DNA of 62,993 bases from IMG/VR virus record IMGVR_UViG_3300033120_000611; one strand, given 5' to 3'. Positions 1 through 10,204 of this stretch are shown here, in pieces. Both the position numbers and the translations under genes were made by a program. The stretch comes from a virus (taxonomy: Duplodnaviria; Heunggongvirae; Uroviricota; Caudoviricetes). The notes beneath the pieces are model-generated. The model made no database searches. It was not told the DNA's origin and was given only the letters and a program-made list of their open reading frames with translations. The stretch's first letter is position 1. Every line of letters starts with the position of its first letter.

Positions 1-1
1 A

Positions 2-3000
2 GATGTAGAGATTGAGATTGAGAAGCTTACTAAAGAGCTTCATAATAAGAACGAGAAGACTGCTAAGGGTACTCGTAGAGTAGATTTTACTAAACTACTT
101 ACTAAGGTCAGAGATCTTACTGCTCAACACGAAGCTTTGCAGAAGGTCCTTGATGATCTAGATACCCAAAAGAATGATATACAGAATGAGATAGACTATC
201 TCAATAAATACAAGGACCAGGATTTTGCTTCTGATAAGTCCCTAGTAGATCAATTCCTTGATGATTGGATTGATCTAAATGAGCAAAAATCTAAGATCGA
301 TGAAGTCATAGCTTCTATTGAGAAGCTAATGACTGGTATACAACAGTCTATTCGTAAGGTAGCTGATATAGTTAATAAGCTTGTTGCTGGATTTGAACGC
401 ACATATCCGGGTAGAGAGTTATCATTTGACCCATCAAGGATACTTGATTTAGTAACTGCTAATAATCAGACAACTAAAGAGTTTCCTAATACGAGAGATT
501 TCTTTTATCGCTATCCAGAGTATCTAAAAAATCTAAATAACTTTAATCAACTGGTTAATGATAATCTGGATAAGATTGATCTATCAGAAAGAAGATTAGA
601 GGATCTAAGCAAATCACTTGAAGCTAATGTTAAATTAGCTAAGAGTACTGCCGATCTTATTAGGTATCAGGAAGGACTAATAAAGGAAGCTCAAACTAAC
701 GAGAGTAAATTTAAGGCTGACCTCCGTAATAAGAAGGTACAAGCTATAGGGCAGGTCCTATTCAATAATCCCAAGCTCCTATCTAGTTCCGGAACAGGTA
801 ATCCTAATGAAGATATTAAGAAGGTAGGGTCACCTAAACTATCATTGTCACAGTTCTTTCAGACTACTACCTCAGGAGCTACATTCAATTCGAATGGCCT
901 AGATAATCCTCAGGTGCATAGACTACAGAACTTCCTTAATAACGTATCTGACTTCTCAGATAAGTATCTGCTTGTCATAACCAAGGATAATGCTAAGAAG
1001 TATGGTCTGGAGAATATAATCTGGACCGGTGGAGATATAACAAATGTTGGTGATGAGGAAAATAAGAATGATATCAAACTTGTATTCATTAAGGTATCTT
1101 CTGAAGGTAATCCTATCTTCCTTGATCAAAATGGACAGCCTATAGAAACATCTGATGGTAAGGTATCTCCGGATGAGATAGTATATTCATCAATGCGTCA
1201 GGCTAATTTAAACTGGAAGAATGGGGAAGAGGCTGTAGTTGATAAGGAAAATCTTGGTGAAGGCGCTGGTGAGCTTATTAGAAAGACTCATGCATCATTC
1301 CGCAATGATCTTATAAAGGCTGCGAAGAATTTAAAGAATAGTCCACGCCTTGCCATCTCTGGAGTATCTAGGGGATTTTCTACCCAGAAAACAGATGTCC
1401 CATTCACAGCTGCTCAAGCCTTTGGAAATAAAGTTCCAGATCTGGCTAATGTGGAAGTAGTTAAAATACCTATTCCAGATAAGTCTAGAAGTAACATCGG
1501 ACAGGTTCTCTATCCTGGTGGTAAGGCATTGATAAATATGCCAATAGGAAGACCTGTATATGCTCATGATCAAGATTTTGAGTTCTTGGATAACAGGAAA
1601 CTCAATAGGGTAGATGCAGAGAAGTTCCAAAGAATCTTCAGAAATATCTATGAAGGTATAGGATCAGCTCAGGATATTACTGATATGCTAGATTACGTTC
1701 GTAAAGTACTGTACTATAGGGACCCGTCAAAGGTATCTAAGATAACTAATACTGCTCAGGAGACTGAGGTAGGTAATAATCAAATCTGGTTCTCACAAGA
1801 GAATGGTCAACTTATATTGAATCTTGGTACTGCCAAGGTTCCTTTTAACTTTGAAAAAGGTAATATCGATTCTCTATTAGCAGTGGAAGCCTTCTTTACA
1901 GCTAATGATGTATACCACAATGTGGACAACCAGGATATGATAGGTAAAGAGTTTAAGGAATACTACCTTGATGGTAAGGAACTTAAGACTCGTGTATGGC
2001 CGGCATATCAACAATATCTACTAGCTAATACATATCCTGATGGAACAGCGAGGCCTATTGAAGATACTCCACTAACAGTAAGACTACAACCTTCTACTGA
2101 TCTTGCTCCTAACAAGGTTGGTAGATACGCTACATATAATAATACTAAGGTTCAGGATGTTGTAACAAAAACTGTTGCAGCTACTGCTGAAGCTAAACCA
2201 GCTACTATCTCAGCTACACCTAAATCGGAAGCTAGGGTAGAAGATGGATACTTAGTTAAGGAGATATCAGTGGCTGATATTGGATCACCTAATTCTGAGT
2301 TTGTAGGTCGTATGTATAACCTACAACAATTTGATAATGCTACAGATAAAGAACCTAAGTATGAGATAGCATTTAAGAAGTCTAATGGTAGATTTGTTAT
2401 TCTTGGTGTAGAGAATATTGATATGGAGCAAGCTGAAAAGGTTCTTGCTAAAACAATAGAGTCTAATAAAGAAATACAAAAGTCAACTGTTAAAGTCATA
2501 CAAGGAGACCCAATTAAAACAGAAGCTGAGAAGAAAGTAGAACCAGTCCTTACTATAGCTGAGGACGATGTTCCATTTGATACGTATGAGAAAGAAGTTG
2601 AAGCTGCTCCTACAACTGGAAAGAAGAAAGTAACTCGTCCATCAGGAGATAGAGGTAACTATCGTGTAGCTACTAGAGAAGACTACGTGAGGGAGAATCT
2701 AACTGAGGCCCGTAAATGGTGGAACGAGAGATTCTCTCTACCATTCCATATAGCATACCGTCTTGTAGATGGATTTGCTTGGGGTAAGATCTCTAATGGC
2801 GCTGTGACACTATCTAATGTAGCCGAGCAAGGTACTATATACCACGAAGCCTTTGAGGCATTCTGGAACTATTTTGCTACACCAAGAGAACAGAAACAAC
2901 TACTAAGGGAATTCCGGGATAGAGCTGGAAGCTTTACTGAGTATGATACAGGCAAAACTATAAAGTATAGAGATGCTACTGCAGCACAAGCTAAGGAGCA

Positions 3001-6000
3001 AATGGCTGAAGAATATCGTAACCTAGAACTGACTGGATCTCAGCCAATAGTAGAGCCAGCTAAGAAGGGCTTTATTAGAAAGTTCCTGGAGTCTATATAC
3101 GACTTTATCCATAGTAAGCTATTTGGTGATCCACTGACTATACAGGAGGCATTCAATAGAATCAGTAATGCTAAATATAGAGATGCTGTTCCAAGATCAG
3201 TTGAGTCTATTGATACTCAATATAGAAATGCATTACAGGAAACTAATCCTGTTCTGTTCAATACTATAATGAAGTCAATGACTAATCTCCTATTCCAAAA
3301 CCTACAGAATCTGAATGTTAGTATACCTGAGTTCTTACAGTCTAAGAACTACAGTGTACGTGAGCAATATGTTAGAGTAAAGGCTGACTTGGATAAATTC
3401 TATGGAGGTGATACTCTAACTTCATTAATTGCTCCTTATGTAGATAAGGATGACTTTGCAAGTAAGCTAGATAAGAATGATGATCTATATAATCAATTTG
3501 CAGAAGCTCTTGAACCTACCGGTTTAAATGCTAGCGTATTTGATAAGTACGAGCATATACTAAATATTACTGATGGTATCTATCCTCAAGAGATTCTAAA
3601 AAATCTGTATACCATACTTAAAAACTACGAGTATATAAATGATAATTGGAATAACCTAAAGGCTGAGCATGGTAAGTTCTTAGAAAGTAACTATAAGATC
3701 TCAGCTCCTGAAGACTCAGAGGTAGAGGATCTTGATGAGAAGAATCAGAATGAGTATGGCCCAGATCCACTTACAATCAATGCTAAGCAGAACGCAAGTA
3801 CTGAGATCAAGCTATTAATTGCTACTCTCATTAAGTCTGAATATAAGGATGCACTATCCGGGGTAGAGGGATTAGATAGAGAAGAGGTTCCAGTATTGAA
3901 TGATATGTTGCTATCAGAGTTAGTTGACTATGGTAAGACAATGATATCCTTACTATATAAGTTTGCTCCAGCTACTAGCTTTGATGAGATGGCTGATATC
4001 CTTAGAAAGGAAGCAGCAATCGATGCATCTTATAATGGTATAATCAGAAAGTTAAAACTTGACTCACCAATTAGTGAGCTATCAAACTATGATCGTGATC
4101 TAAGAGACAAGTTTTACATGTCTATGAATAAGATGCAGATCGATCATCAGTTAAATATACTAGACCCCGAGGATCTATCTGGTGCAATCATAGAGCTTAA
4201 TAATACTAATGCTATCAGAGTAATTAAGGATAAGTGGTCTAATAACTTAAAGGCTGATCATAACCTAACCAAGACTGATGCTGAAGGTAATAAGAGCTTT
4301 AATAAAGCTGCATTTGGTTCTCCTAGTATTACAAACTATGAAAGTGTAGTAAGATTCCTTAAGTCTATAAAGATAGATTTTGATAAGGTTCCTGCTAGGA
4401 GAATGAGTAAGAAGGAGACAGCAGATGTAATAGAAGCTGCTCGCGATCTACATAAGGTATTATCTTCTGGAAGTCCTAACAAGATATTCCTACAAAATGA
4501 TGCCTCAACTAGAGGGCCTTTAAATACTCTTGCTACTATCTATGCTAAGTATTCCGGATTCTATTCAGAGCCCCAATATCTGAACGTAGAGGGTAAGCCA
4601 GTACAAGCTATTATCCTGCACAACTTCATAGGGCTAACAAGTAAAATATTTAACTCATCATCAAACTATGATGAGCTAGTAAGGAATATACCTCAGTATA
4701 CCCAATCTGATGAGAACCCATACCTATCATTCTCTCAAGTGCTTGGTGTAGGTAATAGGTTCTTTGATGATGATGGCAATAGGACTAGAGACCTCAATAT
4801 AAAGATATTAGGTGGATCTAGAGTTCGTGGAAGTGAAACTGGTATAACTACGAGCTCACTATCTGCTCCGGATTATATAGCTCAGGAATTCTCTAATAAC
4901 CTAGAGGGTGATTATAGTATCCTAATCACAGCTGACTCTAAAACAGAATGGGGTATTAATTTTGGCACCTTCGTTACCAAGCTACAGTCTGCTAATATCT
5001 CATTTGTTTCAGATATACTTAAGAAGTATCTAGCATCTGAAATACTTACTGCTCAAAAATCTAAGGATTCAAACCTGGTTAATGTAAGAAAGACTGGTTT
5101 AAGATTAAGACAGTTTGAAGGTATTCTCCGTTCTATCGATAGTAAATATACTCTTCCATTATCGTATGATAAAAGTCCGGAGGATATAATAGCAGAGAAT
5201 GAAACTGATATTGATCAAGCAATAGAAAGATATATCCAACAGAGAGTTCAAAAGACTTTTGATTATTTTATGGAGAATAATATAATCAATAGGAAGAAGG
5301 CTGTAGCTGATGCTGATGGACTAATCATTGAGGGAGATGAAGAACTCTATACAGTACTTGGTGTTGCGAGGGAACATATAGGTGATGGCCTAAGTCTGGA
5401 CCAGATCAAGCAACTAATACAATTCAGGGAGATAAACTATACAATGGCAATGCTTGAGCAATTCAAGCTATTCTGGGGAGATCCTGCTCAATGGAAGGAT
5501 ATTTTCAAGAGAACTAAACCATATGTTTCAGGTAGAAATCTATCGATACATAATGCTCAATACTTTAATGATTGGCATAATCAACACTCTAATGTTAAAT
5601 CCTATGTAGATGAAAATGGTGAACTTCAAACTATTACTCTACAGCCGGGAGATATTGGACATATAAACTACAATGATGAAATACGTACCCAGACATACTC
5701 TGACGTTTTAACTAAGTCTGATATTGCTGAGCAACTATTCAAAGTCCTATTAGATAAAAGCGCTGAGCAATTATTTGGTAAGCAGTACGCAGATCTAACT
5801 GACGATGAAAGAACTATAGCTAATGTTCCATTTGTAGAAGATGGACGTCTGAAAAATCCTTATGAGAAAAATAATGAGGCAGATGCTCAGGCGTGGGCCT
5901 TCCCTCTTGGATATGAGGAGATGAGAAGACGTAATGCTGATTGGTCAGATGCTGACCAAGAGCAAATGGATTGGGATATGGCAAACTTCCGGAATGATAC

Positions 6001-9000
6001 CAACAGATATCCAGATGGAGAAAGAGGTGATAAGCTAAGAGCTTATGATAAAGCCTTAATAGCTCAGGGTAATCCATATACAAATAGATTTAAGGCTAAC
6101 GCTAAACTACCAGTTAGTAACGTCCTAAAGCCTATCTATTCCGGATGGAAGGAAGGTACTGTAGCTGCTCAAGATATACGTAAGATGTCTATTGCTCCAC
6201 TAAGCTGGTCCCTGGTTAAGGGTACTGCTATGGAACCAATATTCATTGCACACATCACAGCTGCTGAACCTACACACTTCATGAATATGGAGTCTGCACA
6301 AAAGGTAGGAGCTGAAATTGGAATGCAACCTATCTATAGTGATGGCAAAGCAAATACTAATGTTAAGCAAGAAAAGCTTAACTTCAAGTACTTTGGTATC
6401 CAAGTAGAGACCAAAACTCAGAAGGATAAGGTATCTCAAGGTACTCAGCTTAATAAGCTTGCTGTCCTTAATCTTGTAATCAATGGAGTTCCTATTGATT
6501 TCATCAAAGATAATAAAGGACTATCTAAGGAAGCTATTCGTAATAAGTGGAACTCTCTATCTAATACTGCTAAGGTACAACAATCAAGATATCATAATCT
6601 TATACAGAAGAATACCAAGTATCTTACTGCTATGAGAGTTATGGCAAAGAATGAAATCTTCGATGAGTTTGGTGTAGTACAAGATGGTAATAAATTAAGA
6701 TTCTCTAATTTTGAGAAGCTAGCTGAGCTAATAGCTAATGAGCTATCTTCCCGGGATGCTACAGAGAATCTAAAGCAAGCTATGACACTTGTCACAAAAG
6801 CTGATGGTACACAAGGATTTGAACTGCCTATGGACCTGGCTATTGGATCTGATCGTCTTGAAGCTATCTTCACATCTATAATCGATAGTCGTATCTTACG
6901 CCCTAAGATGTATGGTGGACAAATGCCTCAGGTTGCTTCTACTCTACTAGAGTCTAAAGCTAAATCCAGAGAATTAGTTCATAAGGATGCTAAGGGTGTA
7001 TGGCAAACAGTTACTGATCTTAATGATCTTAGTCCGGAGCAACGTGGTGGAGTTAGAATAACATCTAATGAACTTAAGTGGTATTCTAAGGAAGAGCCAT
7101 GGATTGAAGTTATGGTTCCATTCTACATGCAGGAACTTATATCAAAGGGACAAACCTTGTCAATAAAAGAATTACAAGATGCAGGTCTTGAGTGGGGAGT
7201 CGGTTTCCGTATTCCTACCCAGGAGCTTAACTCTGTAGAGCATATACGTATTAAGGGATTCCTTCCGGTTGAATATGGTAACTCTATAGTAGTGCCTACT
7301 GAAATCACAACCAAGGCTGGTTCTGACTTTGATATAGATAAACTTAACCTATACCTATATAACTACTCCATCAATCCACGTACTGGAAGGCCGGAGAAGA
7401 TTAAATACCTGGACAATGGTAATTCTATTGTTGAAGAGAGATACGAAGCTCTAAGAAAGCCACTATATACATTCCTTGACTCTCCACAGGGTTATGAGTA
7501 CTACAAGAAGCAAGTAGCTCAAGCTGCTATTACTAAGCTGATTGAGGACAACTCTGAGGATGCTATTGATCCATATGAAGGTAAGATAGATCCTAGAAAG
7601 ACTTACGAAGAGAACCTGAAGATAGCTGATGAGGAATATGAGAAAGGACTTGAAGAGTTTAAGAAGCTACCTATAGAACTACAGAACACAAGAGAAGCTA
7701 TCGATAATGCATATATCGATAACTTAAGAGATATTCTATCAGTGCCGGATAACTTCGCTCAGCTTATTCTTCCTAACTCAGCTAAGGTGCTTAGTGATCA
7801 AGCTGAGGAGATGAATACTCTGTGGGGTAATCATAGATCTAAGACTGACTATAGTGCATTCCTTGATTCTATGAAGAATGCTCAAACAAGAATAGCATTC
7901 CTTGTAGGTAAGGGTGGAGTTGCGATTGGTGCTGTAGCTCAAACTCTTCATGCCATATCTCAGATCAGCGCTATGGAGTTTACTGAGAATGAAGAAGATA
8001 CAATACCATTCCACTTCCCAACTAACTCAACTAAGGATGGAAATCTAAGAACTTATAATCTAGGAGAACAATTAACTACAGATGGCCAGTCTATCTCTAG
8101 TATTATCTCAGCGTTTATAAATGCATTCGTGGATATTGCAAAGGATCCATTTATCCTAGATATAAATGGTGATAAGAGTACTGCCGGCTTATACATAGCT
8201 GCATTCAAATTAGGTATGCCTGTACCTGAGGTGGTAAGATGGTTTAACCAACCTATCATCCGGGAGTATACAAAGATGCTACAACAAGCTAAGTCTACTT
8301 CAGCTGAAGTTACTGGTGCTGACATGACCAAGGCCCAAATACTTACTATACTTGGAGACAAGTTTAAGTTTGATACTAATGGGTACCAAATATCTACAAC
8401 TCCTCGCTCAGGAAACTATACAGTCCAGGAGCTAGAAGGTTATATAAAGGAATGGAGAGATCAGGAGGAAACTAAGTTAATTACTAATCTAGATGGAGAT
8501 GTAATTGATGATAAGACCCCAGGACTTAGCCAAAAGTTCTACGATAACCAAGCTAACCTCCTTGCTGAGTTCAGGAAACTTGATGGTATCACCTGGAGTA
8601 TCTCTGGGGTACAAAATGCTCTTGCAGACACTAAGAGGACAGTTAATTTCGATAGTATCCGGTTAGCTATGGCTAATGTAGTAAAAGCATTAGATGGGCC
8701 TTTTAGAGACTCTCTCATCACCATCCTGGAAGATACCTTCATAGGAAGCATACTTACTGCTAGAGCCCAGGTTCTACAGGCTATACAACCTTTATTCCTA
8801 ACTGAGTCTATAGAAGCTAGAAGAATACTTGGCCCAATGATGACCAGTATCTTTACTGCATTTGGTAGAGCTGATGTTAAAGAAGAGCTTGCAAAGAACA
8901 TGCGTAAGGAGTTCATTAACTATCTATTACAAACTATTCCAGTTCAAATAGAGCCAGGATCAAATGCGAAGGTTCTTACCTCAGCTATAAAGGATCTATT

Positions 9001-10198
9001 CATTGGAACTAAGGATAGTGAGCCGGCAATAAAGAGTCTAGGTAAACTACAGGGACAACTGGATTCAAGACAAGAGTCTAACTTCCTATTAGACAATATG
9101 TTAGGTGTAGACCCAACGACTATGGGTAAGACAGGTAATGTTAAAACTATTCAGATGATCAGAAGAATGTCTGATAAGATTGATAGTGACCTGGCTACTG
9201 CAGATTGGAATAACCTATTCAAGAATCCTGAGACTGCTAAGTTTGCTTATGACCTTATAAAGGTAGCGCTTCTACAGACTGGATTGAGGGTAGGACCAAC
9301 CTCATTCTCACAACTTATACCTAATGAGGTGTTTGCTTCAATAGCTCACCAGATCGAAGATTACTTTAATAGTTCGGATATATCAGATATTTTAAGTAAC
9401 TTCGAGGCCAGCTACTATCAGAATAACTGGTGGAATAGGGACCTTATTCCTAAAGCTCCACTTAAGACCGAGGAAATTGATCATGAGATTCTTGGGCCTA
9501 TAAAGAGAGTGAAGACGTTCAGACATGTAGATGGTATTGGTAGAGTACTTGCTTACTGGGCTGAGTCTGGTGGTGCTAACAAATCAGAATTCAAACCAGG
9601 TAAAGCTCTAAAGAATAAGTATCTATTCCATAGTGAGATGATCATGAATGATGAAGGTAAGCCTTTGTATAGTAATAGAGAAAGAGAAGATATGGCCAAG
9701 AGGGGAGACTTCTCATTCCTTAAAACAACTCTATATAAGAGATATGAAGTAACTAATCCGGATACAGGTTTTACAGATGTACCACTTGTGAAATTCCAGG
9801 ATAAGTCTTACACTAATCACTACGTTATCTACTACCCAGTACCTAAGTATGGACGTAGGAATGAAGTTACAGAACACTACTCAGAAATGAAAAAGTCAGC
9901 TGTAAACCCTATGTATCAGGATGAAGTTATACACTCAAGATCAGGTGGTAGTAGACCATTTGGAATTGATGACATAACTAAGGCAATAGTAGGCGCTGAT
10001 AAAGTATCAGGTAGATTCCTTAGCCAGATAACTGGAACAGATGAGGATAATGAGAAGTACCAACTAGCAATAAGCAATCCACTATACAAGCATCTAGCTG
10101 AGGATATGGAAGACTTAAGTAAAGTTGTACACCAATTACTGGAAAGTAGAACACCTAAGAAAGAATTAAAAACCGAGGAAGATCCTTTCAAATGCTAA
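2..10198 (+). CDS. Giant virion (non-canonical multisubunit-type) RNA polymerase, crAss-like; 5'-truncated by the window edge
   Basis: Frame is open from base 2, upstream of the track start at 137. Catalytic-loop motif GSDFDIDK (DFDID at 7325-7339) follows GFRIPTQ, as in the phi14:2 gp66-type virion RNAP. A zincin-like HEAFE segment lies at 2843-2857. Confidence 0.9.
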   Translation, partial: DVEIEIEKLTKELHNKNEKTAKGTRRVDFTKLLTKVRDLTAQHEALQKVLDDLDTQKNDIQNEIDYLNKYKDQDFASDKSLVDQFLDDWIDLNEQKSKIDEVIASIEKLMTGIQQSIRKVADIVNKLVAGFERTYPGRELSFDPSRILDLVTANNQTTKEFPNTRDFFYRYPEYLKNLNNFNQLVNDNLDKIDLSERRLEDLSKSLEANVKLAKSTADLIRYQEGLIKEAQTNESKFKADLRNKKVQAIGQVLFNNPKLLSSSGTGNPNEDIKKVGSPKLSLSQFFQTTTSGATFNSNGLDNPQVHRLQNFLNNVSDFSDKYLLVITKDNAKKYGLENIIWTGGDITNVGDEENKNDIKLVFIKVSSEGNPIFLDQNGQPIETSDGKVSPDEIVYSSMRQANLNWKNGEEAVVDKENLGEGAGELIRKTHASFRNDLIKAAKNLKNSPRLAISGVSRGFSTQKTDVPFTAAQAFGNKVPDLANVEVVKIPIPDKSRSNIGQVLYPGGKALINMPIGRPVYAHDQDFEFLDNRKLNRVDAEKFQRIFRNIYEGIGSAQDITDMLDYVRKVLYYRDPSKVSKITNTAQETEVGNNQIWFSQENGQLILNLGTAKVPFNFEKGNIDSLLAVEAFFTANDVYHNVDNQDMIGKEFKEYYLDGKELKTRVWPAYQQYLLANTYPDGTARPIEDTPLTVRLQPSTDLAPNKVGRYATYNNTKVQDVVTKTVAATAEAKPATISATPKSEARVEDGYLVKEISVADIGSPNSEFVGRMYNLQQFDNATDKEPKYEIAFKKSNGRFVILGVENIDMEQAEKVLAKTIESNKEIQKSTVKVIQGDPIKTEAEKKVEPVLTIAEDDVPFDTYEKEVEAAPTTGKKKVTRPSGDRGNYRVATREDYVRENLTEARKWWNERFSLPFHIAYRLVDGFAWGKISNGAVTLSNVAEQGTIYHEAFEAFWNYFATPREQKQLLREFRDRAGSFTEYDTGKTIKYRDATAAQAKEQMAEEYRNLELTGSQPIVEPAKKGFIRKFLESIYDFIHSKLFGDPLTIQEAFNRISNAKYRDAVPRSVESIDTQYRNALQETNPVLFNTIMKSMTNLLFQNLQNLNVSIPEFLQSKNYSVREQYVRVKADLDKFYGGDTLTSLIAPYVDKDDFASKLDKNDDLYNQFAEALEPTGLNASVFDKYEHILNITDGIYPQEILKNLYTILKNYEYINDNWNNLKAEHGKFLESNYKISAPEDSEVEDLDEKNQNEYGPDPLTINAKQNASTEIKLLIATLIKSEYKDALSGVEGLDREEVPVLNDMLLSELVDYGKTMISLLYKFAPATSFDEMADILRKEAAIDASYNGIIRKLKLDSPISELSNYDRDLRDKFYMSMNKMQIDHQLNILDPEDLSGAIIELNNTNAIRVIKDKWSNNLKADHNLTKTDAEGNKSFNKAAFGSPSITNYESVVRFLKSIKIDFDKVPARRMSKKETADVIEAARDLHKVLSSGSPNKIFLQNDASTRGPLNTLATIYAKYSGFYSEPQYLNVEGKPVQAIILHNFIGLTSKIFNSSSNYDELVRNIPQYTQSDENPYLSFSQVLGVGNRFFDDDGNRTRDLNIKILGGSRVRGSETGITTSSLSAPDYIAQEFSNNLEGDYSILITADSKTEWGINFGTFVTKLQSANISFVSDILKKYLASEILTAQKSKDSNLVNVRKTGLRLRQFEGILRSIDSKYTLPLSYDKSPEDIIAENETDIDQAIERYIQQRVQKTFDYFMENNIINRKKAVADADGLIIEGDEELYTVLGVAREHIGDGLSLDQIKQLIQFREINYTMAMLEQFKLFWGDPAQWKDIFKRTKPYVSGRNLSIHNAQYFNDWHNQHSNVKSYVDENGELQTITLQPGDIGHINYNDEIRTQTYSDVLTKSDIAEQLFKVLLDKSAEQLFGKQYADLTDDERTIANVPFVEDGRLKNPYEKNNEADAQAWAFPLGYEEMRRRNADWSDADQEQMDWDMANFRNDTNRYPDGERGDKLRAYDKALIAQGNPYTNRFKANAKLPVSNVLKPIYSGWKEGTVAAQDIRKMSIAPLSWSLVKGTAMEPIFIAHITAAEPTHFMNMESAQKVGAEIGMQPIYSDGKANTNVKQEKLNFKYFGIQVETKTQKDKVSQGTQLNKLAVLNLVINGVPIDFIKDNKGLSKEAIRNKWNSLSNTAKVQQSRYHNLIQKNTKYLTAMRVMAKNEIFDEFGVVQDGNKLRFSNFEKLAELIANELSSRDATENLKQAMTLVTKADGTQGFELPMDLAIGSDRLEAIFTSIIDSRILRPKMYGGQMPQVASTLLESKAKSRELVHKDAKGVWQTVTDLNDLSPEQRGGVRITSNELKWYSKEEPWIEVMVPFYMQELISKGQTLSIKELQDAGLEWGVGFRIPTQELNSVEHIRIKGFLPVEYGNSIVVPTEITTKAGSDFDIDKLNLYLYNYSINPRTGRPEKIKYLDNGNSIVEERYEALRKPLYTFLDSPQGYEYYKKQVAQAAITKLIEDNSEDAIDPYEGKIDPRKTYEENLKIADEEYEKGLEEFKKLPIELQNTREAIDNAYIDNLRDILSVPDNFAQLILPNSAKVLSDQAEEMNTLWGNHRSKTDYSAFLDSMKNAQTRIAFLVGKGGVAIGAVAQTLHAISQISAMEFTENEEDTIPFHFPTNSTKDGNLRTYNLGEQLTTDGQSISSIISAFINAFVDIAKDPFILDINGDKSTAGLYIAAFKLGMPVPEVVRWFNQPIIREYTKMLQQAKSTSAEVTGADMTKAQILTILGDKFKFDTNGYQISTTPRSGNYTVQELEGYIKEWRDQEETKLITNLDGDVIDDKTPGLSQKFYDNQANLLAEFRKLDGITWSISGVQNALADTKRTVNFDSIRLAMANVVKALDGPFRDSLITILEDTFIGSILTARAQVLQAIQPLFLTESIEARRILGPMMTSIFTAFGRADVKEELAKNMRKEFINYLLQTIPVQIEPGSNAKVLTSAIKDLFIGTKDSEPAIKSLGKLQGQLDSRQESNFLLDNMLGVDPTTMGKTGNVKTIQMIRRMSDKIDSDLATADWNNLFKNPETAKFAYDLIKVALLQTGLRVGPTSFSQLIPNEVFASIAHQIEDYFNSSDISDILSNFEASYYQNNWWNRDLIPKAPLKTEEIDHEILGPIKRVKTFRHVDGIGRVLAYWAESGGANKSEFKPGKALKNKYLFHSEMIMNDEGKPLYSNREREDMAKRGDFSFLKTTLYKRYEVTNPDTGFTDVPLVKFQDKSYTNHYVIYYPVPKYGRRNEVTEHYSEMKKSAVNPMYQDEVIHSRSGGSRPFGIDDITKAIVGADKVSGRFLSQITGTDEDNEKYQLAISNPLYKHLAEDMEDLSKVVHQLLESRTPKKELKTEEDPFKC

Positions 10199-10204
10199 TA
10201 ATAT